Assembly (NCBI RefSeq): GCF_009914755.1
Contig: NC_060934.1
From: the human T2T-CHM13v2.0 reference genome, Homo sapiens
Direction: 5' to 3' (one strand)
DNA length: 64,000 bases
Below, one piece after another: positions 1 to 17,149 of the stretch. The notes beneath the pieces are model-generated. The model was not told the origin of the DNA. It worked only from the letters and a program-made list of their open reading frames with translations, and made no database searches. How positions within the stretch are numbered: the first letter of the stretch is position 1; each line of letters starts with the position of its first letter. Made by a program: the position numbers and the translations under genes.

Positions 1-354
1 GGACATCTTGAGTGCAGATGTGGGCGTTGAGGGAAAATATCTTCCTCAATCAAGATAATATTCTAGAGAATTTCCCAGTATACCATTGAACACACTGAAA
101 GAGTTATAAATATGTTAACTGTTTTATCATTATTCAATTTAAATAAGCATTTTAAATATTTTAATTAAATATTTATTTTCTAAACTAGGTTTAGTTGATT
201 AAATATAATTTACGGTAATAATTTTTTAAAAAAATTCTATTGTGTACTTAATAAAAACTTAAATGAAAGCTTTAAAAATTACAAATTTAAAATTTTGAAT
301 AAAATCTTCTTTCCAGGAAAGTAACTTGTATGCTTATATATATCATTGTCTCTA

Positions 355-455
355 AAGATTCTCCAAACTTAGTGTGCACTAAAATAATTTGTGGGGCTTG
401 TTAAAAATAAAGTGTCTGGATTCACCCCTAGAGATTCTTTTTCAATAGTTTGTGA
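355..455. mobile_element. MER5A-like hAT-Charlie MITE fragment
   Basis: Degenerate match to MER5A (ctccaaacttagtgtgca...ggggcttgttaaaaa...cacccctagagattct); boundaries approximate. Confidence 0.45.
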
Positions 456-606
456 TTTTAAGGGGCTGATAAATACCTCCCTTTTTCCCCCTTGAGTTCA
501 AAGCACATTGAGAGATACATGTAGGAATTTTATAAATGGAGATGAAAATACCACTTTTAACTGAAAGTGCTATTTAAAGGGCAGCTTTGGTTTGCAGCTA
601 AGTGGG

Positions 607-976
607 TGATATGGTCTGGCTCTGTATCCCCACTCAAATCTCATCTCGAACTGTAATCTGAATTGTAATCGCCATGTGTTGGAGGAGGACCTTGTGGAAG
701 GTGATTAGATCATGGGGGCAGTTCCCCTATGCTGTTCTTGTGATAATGAGTGAGTTCTCATGAGATCTGATGGTTTTATAAGGGGTGTTGCCCCCTTTGC
801 TCTCCACTTCTCTCTCCTGCTGCCATTGAAGAAGGACATGTTTGCTTCCCCTTCCACCATGATTGTAAGTTTCCTGAGGCCTCCATGTGGAACTGTGAGT
901 CAATCAAATCTCTTTTCTTTATAAGTTATGCAGTCTCGAGTATTTCTTCATAGCAGTGTGAGAACAGGCTAATACA
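607..976 (+). mobile_element. THE1D-like solo LTR (ERVL-MaLR)
   Basis: Begins TGATATGG, ends CTAATACA, typical THE1 body; perfect 5-bp TSD GTGGG at 602-606 and 977-981. Confidence 0.9.
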
Positions 977-1644
977 GTGGGTTTACTCAGACTTCACTCC
1001 TGAATTGGACAGACATCCCTAACCTAATACTGTAGTGTAGACAATCCCAGGGCTCTCCTTGAGAGGAAGCCTCTCACAGGAATTCGTGCATCTTGTGAAT
1101 AGGCTTGCTCCAAAGAAAAAGCTGATGAGCTAATGAGGATCAGTTTCTTCTCCCACTGTATCAGATAATCTCTCCTCATTCCTAGAGAAAGAGGTAAGGT
1201 GTAAGGAGTAACTAACCAGTAATGTTACTTTGTCTTAAATTCTTTTATGTGTAATGTTTAGAATACAGGGAAATAAGCCACCTCTATTGCATCACTGTTC
1301 TGTAATTATTTTATACCTAATCTAAAATATGAATTAGAAGTAGTCCTGTTATAAAACAACAACCACAACAAAACATACATACAAAGGTTTGTATATTCAT
1401 ATGTGCCTGTGAAACTGTTGAACTATATTCCTGTGATTATGAAATGCTTGACTCTATTAAATATTGTGCTAAAGCAGAGTGCATTTTTGTTTATCCTAAA
1501 TGAGTGAGACTGTTAGGCATTTTCCATTTTTTAAATGGTAAGAAGAGAAGTTAATAGCTGTAAAATCAATTAAAATTATACGTTATTTTATAAATGAATT
1601 TATTATTATCAAAGTAAATAGATTTTCAAAAATTATATTATGAA

Positions 1645-2040
1645 TTAGTTTGGATTCCCCAGAAGCAGACACTGAGATTAGGATTCTAGTGCAAATAGTT
1701 TATTAAAGATATGAAAAAATGAAGGAAAATAAGATAGCCGATAAAGGATGCCAGCTTCTACTGTGGGCTACTGGCACTTTTGCATGGGTAAGAAACTACG
1801 AATCAGTGGAGGACACATGCCTCCCAGTTGTTCCCCCCAAGGGCCAGGGTGCAGATGGTGGGTATGTATGCATTAATTCCTATCAGCCATGCAGAGAGCT
1901 GCTTCTAGGGCTATTCATTCCCTGGCACATCTGGACTGCCACAGGGGCACCAAAGCTGGCTCAGCAGCAGGAGAAAGCCCTCAGGCAACAGGAAGCACTT
2001 GCTGGAAGTTGAAAATCAAGCTGTTTTTACCTCACCTGGT
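1645..2040 (-). mobile_element. Old ERVL LTR fragment (LTR16/LTR33-like)
   Basis: tagtttggattccccagaagcagacactgaga...gtgcaaatagtttatt resembles the reverse-complemented 3' end of LTR16/33-type LTRs; probably explains the 97-aa ORF at 1719. Confidence 0.45.
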
Positions 2041-2387
2041 AAGGTCCTAGTTAAAAAAAAAAAAAAAAGGTTGCTGTTTCACCATAAAGTGTTTGCTCTA
2101 TAGTTTGTGAAAACAGACTGTATCATATCAAGGAAATTCCTTTCTATTCCTAGTTTGGTGCTTTTACAAATGCATCTAGTAAAAATGTTATACAATTTTG
2201 CTTCTTTAATATATTGCTGTGGCAAAGTATGACTGCTTTTTTAATATTAAGCTAAACAGGCATTCCATTATCACATCCAACATATTGTTCCTTTATTATT
2301 CATTCCGTACCTTGTTGAATTTAAGGTTTGGCTTCAAAATCCGTGAGGTAAGATACCAATAATGTTCTGTTCTCTCAGTATTCTCTA

Positions 2388-2467
2388 TTAGGTTGGTGCA
2401 AAAGTAATCGTGGTTTTTGCCATTACTTTCAACGGCAAAAACTGAAATTACTTTTGCAACAACCTAA
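2388..2467. mobile_element. MADE1 (Hsmar1-derived mariner MITE, 80 bp)
   Basis: Terminal inverted repeats TTAGGTTGGTGCAAAAGTAAT ... ATTACTTTTGCAACAACCTAA, 80 bp long, preceded by TA. Confidence 0.92.
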
Positions 2468-3247
2468 TGTTTGGCATAAAGGTGATACTGGATTAGTAAC
2501 ACGAGTCTGTCACTCTTCTGAAATTTTCAGTTCTTTGGAAAACTTTATGTCAAATCGAATATAATTTTGTTTAAAATAATTGATACAATATTTCTGTAAA
2601 GCATGAAAAGCTTTGTAATTATAAATTCTACATTTATAATAGTAAACAATGCTCAGCTTTTTCTTCTTGTGTCATAATTGTTTATTTCCAGAAAATTATC
2701 CATTTAATGTAGCTTTTAAATTTTATTTGTGTGTTTCTATAACTTTTTTATTGTTTTTGTAATATCTACAGAATCTATTGTAACACCTCTGTTTATCCCT
2801 GATATTGACTTTCATCATTTACAATTTTTCTCACATTTGACTTCTCTGTCTCATCAGAAACATCCCAACTCAACTGGATTTTCAAAAATATTTTGTCTTT
2901 TTTATTCTCTTTATTGTTGCTTATATTTTAGTTTTATGATCTCCTAGTCTGTATCACCTTTTTCTTGTATTTTCTTTGGAATTTAGTTAGTGTTCTTTTA
3001 TAAACTTTTAATATGGATAAGATTTTTTTATATAATCTTTTTTCTTATATATGAATTCTAGGCTATATTGTTTCCTCTGGCACAACTACAGCTGATTCCC
3101 ACACATTTTTTTAAGTTTTAAGAGATTATATTAAGAAATGTTTCACATATATACATAGTAGAGAAAATAGCAAAATTATACCCTCCTGTCATGTACATAA
3201 ATTCCAGTATAAATTACTATCAATTCATGGTCAATCTTGTTTGATAT

Positions 3248-3692
3248 TGTGAAACCCAACTATGTGAGACAGGTCTTAGTCAATTTAGGAAGTTTGTTTT
3301 GCCAAAGTTAAGGACGTGCGCCCATGACAGCCCCAGGCGGTCCTGATGATATGTGCCGGAGGTGGTCGGGGCACAGCTTGGTTTTATTCATTTTAGGGAG
3401 ACATGAGCTATCACTCAGTATATGTAAGTTGTATATTGGTTCTGTCCAGAAAGGTGGGACAATGTGATGTGTTAAGGGGACTTCCAGGTCATAGGTAGAT
3501 AGTAGAAAAAATGGTTGCATTCTTTTGAGTTTCTGATTAGCCTTTCCAAAGGAAGCAATCAGATATGCATTTTTCTCAGTGAGCAGATGGATGACTCTGA
3601 ATAGAAAGGGAGGCAGGTTTGCTCTAAGCAGTTCCCAGCTTGACTTTTTCCTTTAGATTAGTGATTTTCAGACCCCAAGATTTTCCTTCACA
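3248..3692 (-). mobile_element. MER4A1-like solo LTR (ERV1)
   Basis: TG...CA termini, close match to recalled MER4A1 antisense; 4-bp TSD ATAT at 3244-3247 and 3693-3696. Confidence 0.85.
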
Positions 3693-5074
3693 ATATCTAC
3701 CCCACACTTTGTCATCCTTTCCTTAACATTTTAAGGAGATTTACATATATATCACATGATTTCATCCGTAAACATTATGGTATTTATCACTAAAAGACAG
3801 GATACTTAAAACAAAATAACAATACATTATTACCATCTAACATTTTTAATAACAACTTCTCAATATGCTACAATAGCCAGTCTATCTTTGAACTTTCCTG
3901 TTTTTCATCTTTCTTTTTACAGTCAGTTTTATTAAGTCAAAATTTAAACAAAAGGTCCACACATTGAATTGGGTTGTTATGTACTTTAAATGTTTTTTAA
4001 ACTATAGCTTTTACTTGTCAGCTTTTTTCCCCTTATATTTGTTGAAGATATGATGTTATTTATTCCACAGATATTTCTAAATATGAGAATGTGTTCACTA
4101 TATCTTGTGCTGCCTTTGATATATTTCTAGTTGGCCTGAATTTCTCATAAATGATAGTTAAATCTAGAGACTTGACCAGATGAAAGATTTGAATTTCTGG
4201 AAAGAATACTTCATAGATGACGTTGAGTACTTTTTTACCAGCATATCTTTCTGGTTGTCTCTTTATTTAAGATATTGAAAGTGATCAGCTGATACAGTTG
4301 TTACCTGTCTGATTTATCTATTATACATTTTTCTATCACTATTTCATTTACAGTTTTAGAAGCCATTTATGGTTATTGACTATATCCATTATTTTAGTAG
4401 ACTTTATATGTTTTTATAATAATACAATTTTTATTCTTTGTTTATTAAGCTAAAAAATTCTATTACAATATTTCCCTCAAGGAGTCTTGATTATTCTGAT
4501 GTGAAATTCTTCCAGGAAAGGGTGCAAAAATTTTTAATTTCTTTTAATGAATAATTTCTAATTCATAATTTGACACATCATCTTCCAAAGTTAACCATAT
4601 AACCATTTGTTCATTTCTCTTAGACACTAATGGATTTTTTAAAGTATTCAGTATGTTTCAAACCATTGAAACCTTTATTCTTTTTGATACAAAAATTGTC
4701 TCAACTTCTGAGGGATAAATTTTAAAATGGTTCCTGTGGTTTTACTGTGATTTTGAAAAATTTCTTAATTTTCTATTTTCACAACAGGTTTTAGGCTCAT
4801 CTTGTTCATATCCTGCCTCAGATGCGGAATCAGCCAACTCCCTGAGCACCCCTACTTCATTTTAGTGAGTAACACAGATTTTGATATGAGGTATTTTTTT
4901 CATGTATTATAGCCATTTTTTATCCTAGCAATGTTTTCTTTGAATTATGGCATCTTTAAAAGTGAAATTTTAAATTTCTGTATGTCTGAGGATATTCCAA
5001 TTTTCTTTTTATTATATTTTTCTAACCTAATTTTATTGTAATTAAGAAGTATGCTCTATATGAGGATTTAGTTA

Positions 5075-5985
5075 ACTATGTTAACTATGGCCTGCTGAGC
5101 AAGTCCAGCCCTCTTTTAATAAGGCATTACTGGTGCAGAGCCAGGCTCATTATTATTTTTTTTATATTGTCTATGTCTGTGTTCACACTACAATGGCAGA
5201 GACTGTTGCAGTCTTGCCAGTGCACCACAATGTTTCAATTTTGTTGTTTGACGTAGGACATAGAGTTCTTTGTCTCATGACCAGGAGAATTAAGGACCAT
5301 AAACACAAAGGTGAGGTTGGAGCAAAAGTTTAATAAGGGAAAGGAGAAAGCTTTCCACATTGAAGAGGGGTTGCCATTCTATGGTTGAATACAAAGCCTT
5401 TTATAAACAGGTTAGTAGGGAGGGAAGTTTCATTTTCAAAAGGCATGAAAAACTGGTTAAGAAGTGTTTCGTTTGCATAAGGTGTGAATTCCTGACAGCT
5501 CCACCTTGTCCTTTTAGTGCACATGTGGAGATTCTTAGCCTAGTCACTCCATATTGTTTAATTTTCCTCACTGTGCACGTGCTGGGGGCAGAATTCTCTA
5601 TTGTGGACATGTCTGGTTCTGTGTAACTTCTTTTATCTGTGCAGCACAGGCACGTTTCAAGTAAGCCCCTCCCCATGCAAACTCCCTTATCTGAGTATGT
5701 CCAAGAAAGGAAAGGATGTATTCACTGAAGCCTACCATGTATATGTAACCATTGTTAGTTATACAGAAGGCATTTTTATGTTGGACTTTGCCCCCTTATC
5801 TGTGCTTGCACCTTGATCTTTCAAGCTGTTCCTTTGTTAGAAAAAGAAATTCTACCCAGGACTTGTCCCAGCTATCTGCCTAACTGGTTCCTTTCTCTCT
5901 CTTCTCTCAAGACCATGTCACCCACAGAACCTAGCATATTTACCCACAGTCTGTTTACATAAAATATTTGTTGACCTTTGCTTTA
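5075..5985 (+). mobile_element. MER58A hAT-Charlie MITE split by an LTR
   Basis: Left half (actatggcc...tattgtctatg...ctacaatggcagagac) resumes after 5909 (gaccatg...cctagcatatttac...tttgttgacc). Confidence 0.7.
5204..5909 (-). mobile_element. MER50-family solo LTR (ERV1)
   Basis: TG...CA termini; 4-bp TSD AGAC at 5200-5203 and 5910-5913; minus-strand start resembles MER50. Confidence 0.75.
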
Positions 5986-6594
5986 TAAGGATCCTGATCA
6001 CTGAAATAACATAAGACTTGCTTTGTGGTCCAATACAGATCCATTTTGAAAAAATATTTTACATGTCCTTGAAAAGAACAGGTATCCTGAAGTTGTGGGG
6101 TACAACTTTTATATGCTTACTAATGTTGAGTCTGTTTGTTTTATCAAAAACTGAGAAATGTATTTAAATATCCCACTATGATTTATTTATAATTCTTATT
6201 TATCTATTTCTCCTTACTGTTCTGATTTAATACGTTTTATTATCCCTTATTTTGTAATGGTTGAGAGACGATTCATTCATTTTTTATTCAATTAGTTACT
6301 GTCAGAGATATTACAAGCTGGATCCTTGACTTTTAAAAGTCTAATGTTAATTAGCATCTTTACCCTACTAGGAAAATGAAAAGACCTTATGCTCTTAGAC
6401 TGTACTTCTTCTTCTCCTTGCATGAATATGCTGTTTTTTCATGTATTTATATGTCCACATCCATTTTAACAGTCAATTTTAATTCAACTTGACTTCCCAT
6501 TCTTTATTCCTTGTCACATTTCTGTGCTTCTGACAGAAGTCATTTCCTGAAATTAACTTCCTGCCTAAAGTTAACTAGCTTTTATTCTCTTTAA

Positions 6595-6951
<357 letters not shown>

Positions 6952-8584
6952 TAACAGTATATTTTACTCTCCTAATTGAAGGGTATTTTTCCCAGGTATA
7001 GAATTCTAATATGGATATTATTGTCCTTTAGTAGATTAAACACATCCTTCTACTGTATTCTGGCTTTCTTGCTTTTATGAGGTGAACTGTCAGTCTAATT
7101 GTTGCTTATTTGATGGCAATTTTCCCTCATCTTCTACATACATCATATATGCTTTTAGAATTGTGTGTGTGTATGTGCGTGCATGTGTGTGTAGTTTTAT
7201 GCAGTTAAACTGTATTGTTTCTTTATGTAATTTTTTTTATTCCTTCTTGAAAGTCTATTGGGCTTTGGAAGTTTAGCCGTCTCTCAGCTATGTCTTTTCT
7301 GAAATGTATGCCGGGCATTCTTACCCCATCCTCTATATCCTTCACTTTCTTTCATAGTTTTTATCGTTTTCCTTTCTTTGCTTCTTTATAAATAATTTAT
7401 TTGAACCATGTTTTCTAAACTAATTCTGTCTTTAGTTACATTGATTCTTCTGTTAAGTGTATATAATACTAGGCTCTTAATTATTTACTTTACTTTTTAT
7501 TTCAATACATTCCAGTTGTATTTTTTGAAAAATATTCTATTTAGTTCTTTTATACCTTTAGTTCTTTGCCGAAATGTTTAAGTTTTGTTTTACTTCCATA
7601 AGAAGAGCAACTATAATTGTTTTAAAACCTCTGTCTGTTAACTCCACAACCCGAAATATCTGTGGGTCTTTCTCTACAGCCATGCTTTGTGCTGGTTTCC
7701 ACTTATGTTATCTTTTTATCTTGCATAAATGGTTATCTGTGACTTTTTTCTGTACTTGTGTTTGGAAACTTATTCAAAGAAATTGTGTGTGACCTATGGT
7801 CTTATTTTCCTTCAGAGAGAACATCACTTTACTTTGATCACTTTGAGCACTAGTAGTAATCTAGGGTGACCTTAATCCATTTTCAAATTTTGAGATTTTC
7901 TGACATAACCTGATGACTAGAAGCTGGATGTACTTTATGCTTTACTTAGTTTACTTTTACTGAAAGGGTACAGATATTTTCATTTCTTCTATCTATAATT
8001 TCTCTTTGGTTTTCTAGGCCACACTTCTGGCACCCCTGGCTGGTATTCAGCTCTGACTTTTAGTCTTCCTAGCTCTGCAAAGTTGACAAAGCACTGCTCA
8101 GCCTCCCATATGTATCTATAAAGATCTCCTGAGAAAAGTGATATTAATACAAACCTGATTTATTTGGATTTCTGTTTTCTCAGATAAATGCCATCTAGAG
8201 CAACATAAAACCTTATTTTGCACTATATCTATCTATATATATATCTCGAATGGAAGTATCTGTAGGTATATAGAAATATATTTATCTATATTTCTATTTA
8301 ACTATCACCCATCTATCTATCATCTATGGAAAATGCTTAATATAACTTCTATCATACATAAAGAAACAAATAGTGCCCATAATAATTCTTTTTCCATAAG
8401 GAGAATGCAGATATCATAGAGGATGCGCCAATATGTTTTTCTAAAAAACCTTGGTCTGTAAAGTTGAAATGAATTTTTTCTTTTGTTTGCTTATTTATCT
8501 GTTTATTTTAATTATAAATAATATTTGTGTTTGAAATAAAGGCTTTTTTGACTAAATAGCATATGATGCAAAGATAAGATAAAG

Positions 8585-10940
<2,356 letters not shown>

Positions 10941-11806
10941 CTTTTTTGAGGATTCTTGGAAGAAAATAAATATGTCATATTAATTCAATTGCTTATTTTT
11001 GAGGGATTAAAAAATAGTCTTGTAAGTGTATCGGACATTTGCTGAATTCATCAGAGTTAATAACCAAGGTACATTGACAATTATAGTGCTTGCATTTTGG
11101 TCTCTTTTGTACTTTTTTGAAAATTTTGATCATGATTGTTTTTTTAACAGCATGTCACTGATGATTATGTTCTTGCAGCTTCCTGCTTTATTTATACGTG
11201 GAAGTGACTCAGAAGCAATGTGGAAAGTAAAGAAAATAAGCAAACATTAGATAATTTCTCTCTTCTGCTTCTTTATCAATATTTTTTTCAGAGTTTCCTC
11301 TGTGACTGATGATGATTAATCTAACTTTACTCGGTCTGTTTTACTGACTCTTTATTATCACATCTCTTTCTACAACCAAATATTAACTAGAGAAAAATAT
11401 GTATTAGGAGAAAATATCATCTGAATTGTGGAGGATCTTTAGTTATCCTAGTTTTACTATGCCATCGGATACTTGTTTCCTTTTCTGTGACCCAATGGTT
11501 AGAAAGAACTGTTTGTATAATTACCTAATTTCACAGGCACATCCAGTTCAAAATAATGACAAGTAAATACAGTTATTTATTTTTGGCCAATCACATAAAG
11601 TAATAGAGAGCTATATAAATTTGTCTTTTTTACTTACTGCTGTGTCACCAAGGCTCAGTACAGTACCTACATTAGTCAGGAATATTTGCTAAATAAAATC
11701 ATGGCTGAATGAGTGAAAATAAACAGATGGGGAAATTGTCACACTCAATGCTGTTAAATGAATACTCTATTCAGCTTGGATTATTCACCAGGGTTGCCAC
11801 TGATTC

Positions 11807-12243
11807 TGTTCTGCGGCGAGCGGCTATAATACATGCAAAAAAACAAAACAAACAAAAAACACCCAAGGGTCAAGGGAGCTGAAAGTCCAAAGAAAGAGGC
11901 TGACAAATCCAGTTTCTCTGAAACTACTTACTAGAGACTTACAAAAAGAAGTGATGTCTCAGGTGGCTGCAAGATGGTGGATCCCTGCACCAGCTCTCCA
12001 GAAAATACCTTTTACATAGCAAGGTTTTAGGGTAAAACACGTGCAGCTGGTTGGTCACGTCTCAGGCTTTTTTGCCAAAACTTGTGACCACTGGGAATGT
12101 TAGATATGCATCTTTGTGAGGAGTTATTTATGCTGTGGGCATTGTTTTAAGACTTTGCTGCAGAACACTTTGGTATGCAGGAGTCAAACATTGGTCATCA
12201 TGGCAGTTTTGCTTCAAGATGGCATAATTCTTGCCAGGCAACA
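11807..12243 (-). mobile_element. Solo LTR (LTR47-like)
   Basis: gaggctgacaaatccagtttctc...gatggtggatccc and a terminal ...cttgccaggcaaca; left boundary and TSD not resolved. Confidence 0.55.
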
Positions 12244-12292
12244 GGCTGTATTCTTGCATTTTCTCTTTCCCTATTGTCACATTGTTCTACAA

Positions 12293-12515
12293 CAGGGTTT
12301 CTCAATGTCAGTACTAGTGATGATTTGGGCTGGATAATTCTTTGTTGGCATGGTGGAGAGATGGGTAGTTTTGTGCATTGTAGAATGTCTTGCAGCATCC
12401 TTGGCCTCTGTCTTCAAAGAGTCAGTAGTATACCCCTCCAGCTGTGACAATGAAAAATGTATCCCAACATTATCAATTATCCTCTGGAATGCACAATGTC
12501 CCTGGTTAACCAGAG
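12293..12515 (-). mobile_element. MER20 hAT-Charlie MITE
   Basis: cagggtttctcaa...gggctggataattctttgttg...gcagcatccttggcctct...gtgacaatgaaaaatgt matches antisense MER20. Confidence 0.8.
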
Positions 12516-13109
12516 AAATTACCCAATTAGGGCTTGAGTTTCTGTGATTCACTAGTAACAACCCAAAGACTGCTCACACGAAGTTTCTCCATCTTGTGTT
12601 TGAAGCAGCATCAGTTAGCATCCTTTCATTATGTTCTTAGTAATTTGGTGCCATTGATGAGTTTGCTCAGAATGTGAACAGACATACTGAAAGACATGAT
12701 GTTAAAAAAATCAAATATCACTTTGAGAACTGTGCACTGACTCACTATGTCAAGGCTCATCTTTCACCATCTATGGTAAAAGACGTTTTCTTTTTTTTCT
12801 TTAATCCAATCCCGTGTGAGCTGATACTCATAAAACATGCCAAAGAATGAATTAATGAAAAACAAAACCATGGGTTTAGATGTGCTTGCCTGTTGCAACA
12901 AAGTCAACTTGCTATGAAAAAATGAATAATTTGTCCAACATAATTTGGACAAGATGTCTTTAATTTTGCATAAATATTTTTTATTGTTTTTGTAATTTTA
13001 AGTGAGAAAGGAAATATAAGCAGTGATTAAGCATCCTGGGCCCATGGCCTGCAAGAAAACAAAGAATCTTTTAATGCTAACATTTAAAAATATATATTTA
13101 TATTGTATC

Positions 13110-13270
13110 TACAAATGGCTAATGTTATTATGTACATTTTGTAGGTGAGGAAATTGAGGTTTAAAAAATTTAAAAAAAACTTTGCCAAAATCATAAAAGT
13201 ATTAATTAATAAAGTTAGGAGGCCGAAGATGCTGAATCAGGTCTGAAGCCAAGATTTTAGTAACTCGAAT
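13110..13270 (-). mobile_element. MIR SINE fragment
   Basis: MIR core-like cattttgtaggtgaggaaattgagg...ttgccaaaatcata. Confidence 0.55.
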
Positions 13271-14513
13271 GTAAAGTGTATGAAGACAGAATATTTTATG
13301 CACTTTGCTCCCAAATCTTACACAAGTGGCTAGAACGGTGCTTGATACATAATAGGTAAGGAAGAAAAAAAAAGAAGAAAGGAGAGAAGAAAGGAAGAAA
13401 GGAATACTGTATCACATAATTTTCATGGCATTTTTGTCTCATTCTCATTGTTGTGTAGCAAAAGTATTTTTTGCATAGTCTAGTATCTTAAATGTTGAAG
13501 TCCTTGAATAATTGTTTTATTCTCTAGGTCTCCATTACCTGTCATCCTTCCTCTTTTCCCTTACTACATCCCACAGAATAGTACATTCAAAGTTACCCAA
13601 AAAAGAAAACTCATTTGGGGAACAGTGAAGGATTATTGTAATGCTCCCTTGACAATACAAGAATATTTTAGTGGGTATTTTCCACTTCTCCCCTCTGTGC
13701 AAACAAATCATTTTTAGATGCTTAAAAGGGCTTGTTTTTACTTGCTATTGCCAGATGTTTTCTATTTCAGTGACAAGAGTCTTTTTCCATGCATATTACA
13801 AATCACATTGATTTCAGCCATAATAGAGATGAAAATGAATATGTAAAACAAATAAAATATACTTTATTTCTATATCGCATATCATTTTCATTCTGATCAT
13901 ACATACATATAGCACACATCCACTGTGAGAAATTTGGAGAAGTGAGAACAATAACACAATTTTTATTATTTCACAATATTTTATTTTGGCATTTTTTAGT
14001 AAATAGATCCCTATTTTTCCAAATATCACTAGTCTATGATCATATTGATGGCCAATACCAGCATTATTCTGAACTCCCCTTGGGAGTCACAGAAGTCTAG
14101 ACTTTGCATGTTGTTGCCTATGCATAAAATTATTTAAATCTTTTTAAATATCAACTTTAAAGAAGATAAAAGGGGAGAATATTAATTTGAGGACACCAAT
14201 TTTTCAAAAATGGCCTGTATAAAAGTTAAAAGGAGTCAGTGTCAAATTTTACTCTAAAGATTCATCAGAGGGATCTGAGTATGGCTTCCATTGTGATTTA
14301 GCTGTAAGTCTGTAAAATTAGTATAATTGTACACCATAACATTGTTGTAAGAATTAAAGTGATTTAGACATAAAGTGCTGAGGAAAATGTGTTCTCGTGT
14401 GTGTGTGTGTGTGTGTGCGCTTCAAGAAAACTAAGAACGTAAACACTATTTATTATGTTTCAAATTAAAAAAAGTTTACTTCAATTGATATACATATTCT
14501 ACGATTCAGTAAA

Positions 14514-14990
14514 TGTTGAGCAACTGAATATACAAATGGGCAATGGCCAGACCATATATAACAGTAGAACTCTGACCTGTAGCCTCTGTAGCAACTAGTC
14601 TGGGAGGCCAGAACAGAACTTCTACAGCAACTAGCCCACGAGAGCAAGCCACAATCTTTGCAGCAATTGGCCCAGAATGGGGAGGACTTAATCAGTAACT
14701 GCCAGCTTCTCTATTTTTTTTAACCTGATTTCTAAATAAGGACAGATCCAAGAAAGCCAAATATGCTCCCCTAACCAATCACCTGAGTCCCCACTTCTAG
14801 TTAGCCCACCTCCAGCCTCCTTATGCCAATAACCTCCAATCAGAGCATATGTAAAAACCTTCTCTCTTATTCACTATAAAACTTTCCCATGTCCCTCTCT
14901 ATCTCTGAATTTTAGCTAAATGCAAGTGAGGATGGTTGATTTTCTTATTTGGATGGTTTTGTTTATTTCCAGAGTGTTCAAAAATTGACA
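14514..14990 (+). mobile_element. Solo LTR, subfamily uncertain (MER77/MER68-like)
   Basis: TG...CA ends, repeated cagcaactagcc motifs, CCAAT boxes and TATAAA near 14875. Confidence 0.5.
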
Positions 14991-15733
14991 CAAATGTATC
15001 AAAATTCCATAAGCTACTTTATCATTGTCATGCTGTCAATCAACTGTGAATCATGTATTCCCTAAATAATGAACAGCAAATTGGGAGCAGATTCTCATAT
15101 CACTTTTCAGAAAGGAAACCATTGCCTATTAGTGATATGATTAGAGTTGAATTGATACAATGTTTTATCCATAACACCTGAACACTCACTATTACTTTTT
15201 AGATTTAGTTGACAGAACAGTAATTTCTGTGTCACAAGTTAGTTTCATTTTTGAAAAAAACTCCAGGAAAAAAATGTTCTCCAATGCTGAGAAGAACTTA
15301 AAAAAATTGTCATCTACGATTTAGCTGAAGGGTTTCTTCTAAAAAGAACTATAACCTAAATGGTGGTTACAGAACTGTTTGATAATTGAGGCAAATGTAT
15401 TTTAGGAAAGAAAAAAAAAAACTCCACATAAGATACTGTGGACACATATTTAAAACAAAGTTTTTTGTTTTTTATTCCTGACTAGGCAAGTAAGTATAAT
15501 ATCATGCAAATAGGGGCCTTTGTTTTAATTTTTGTGCAACATTAGATAAAACTGATAAAAACTTGAGGCCACACCATAATAGATTTTTAATGCTTAGATT
15601 TTCAATGTTATGGTAAGGCGTTTTGACTTTCCATTCTTCAGTGTCTGCGGGTCTCACTTGAAGAGTGGAGTAACTGCATTTAATGAAAATGATGTTCAAA
15701 TTATTGAAATAGTGAATGGGAAGATGGACATTA

Positions 15734-16117
<384 letters not shown>

Positions 16118-17149
16118 CTATCCAGGTCTCAGTGGCTTTAGTTGTTTTCTTCGGATTGACAAGTTATGGATTTACAGACGTCTTCTGCAGTTGGAAAGAT
16201 AACATTCTGATTATGTAATAATAATTGTTTCCCTTTAAATATTCACATGAGTAGAATTGGAATTTTATTTGTAATATGTAGGATGTTCAGCATCTTTGGT
16301 ACTTCTTCCATGGGGTGTTAGAATAGAATTAGTATTGCGATTCCTGAACAATAACGATTGACTTACCTCCATGTCAGCTTCTCTGGCATTTCCATGGAGT
16401 CAGAAAGAAGCCTGCACATGCAGCCTTTAGGGCCCAACAAGTTTAGTTTGTATTGACAGCTGAATTAAGGCAATTTTCAGACTGACTAGGAAACTGTTCT
16501 CTGGGCTGCCTGGGAAGTCACAGAGACAATAAATAGATGCGTAACAAACCAAATGCTCTCTCAGCTATCCTAGGGCCTGACTTACTTCAATTCCCTTTGA
16601 AGATTATATCATTTAGTAAATGTCTGCTCTGATCTTCTAAGTGGTCCAAAAAGTCAGGGTAGTATTCTAAATACTTGTCCCTAGAAGAATCTGCGTGAGT
16701 GAAAGCACTATTTTGAAAAGCTGTGGCTGACAATGAAGCCAAAAAAACTCCATACCTGTACAAGATGCATTCATTTACAGGATTTTTCCAAGATAAGGAA
16801 ATTCTACTGTGTTTTCTTACATTGAGAAAATTCATTTTGCTCTTTCCATGTTTGATGATCACAGGCTGTGGTGAGCAAAATAAAAATTGCACTAGTATTT
16901 TACAGGATTAACAGGTTTTGTTGAATTATTTCATTTAACAACCATAACATCTTAAATTCACACTGATAATTTCCAGTTTTGATTATAATTCTCACTTAGA
17001 GCATCTCAGTTTAATTTCAGTATATACTTCAGGTGATTGATTTCACAGACTGCTCTTTCCTATGCATATGCCTAAAAGCCATAACATATTTTCATGAAAA
17101 AAAAATGCCTGTATAGCTATATATTTCTGTTTGTTCTTGATGTTGATCA

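Larger units (their letters stand above)
2100..4870 (-). mobile_element. Degenerate ancient L1M (L1MC/L1ME-like) fragments
   Basis: T-rich L1-antisense motifs such as aggaaattcctttctattcctagtttg; interrupted by MADE1 and an LTR. Confidence 0.4.
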
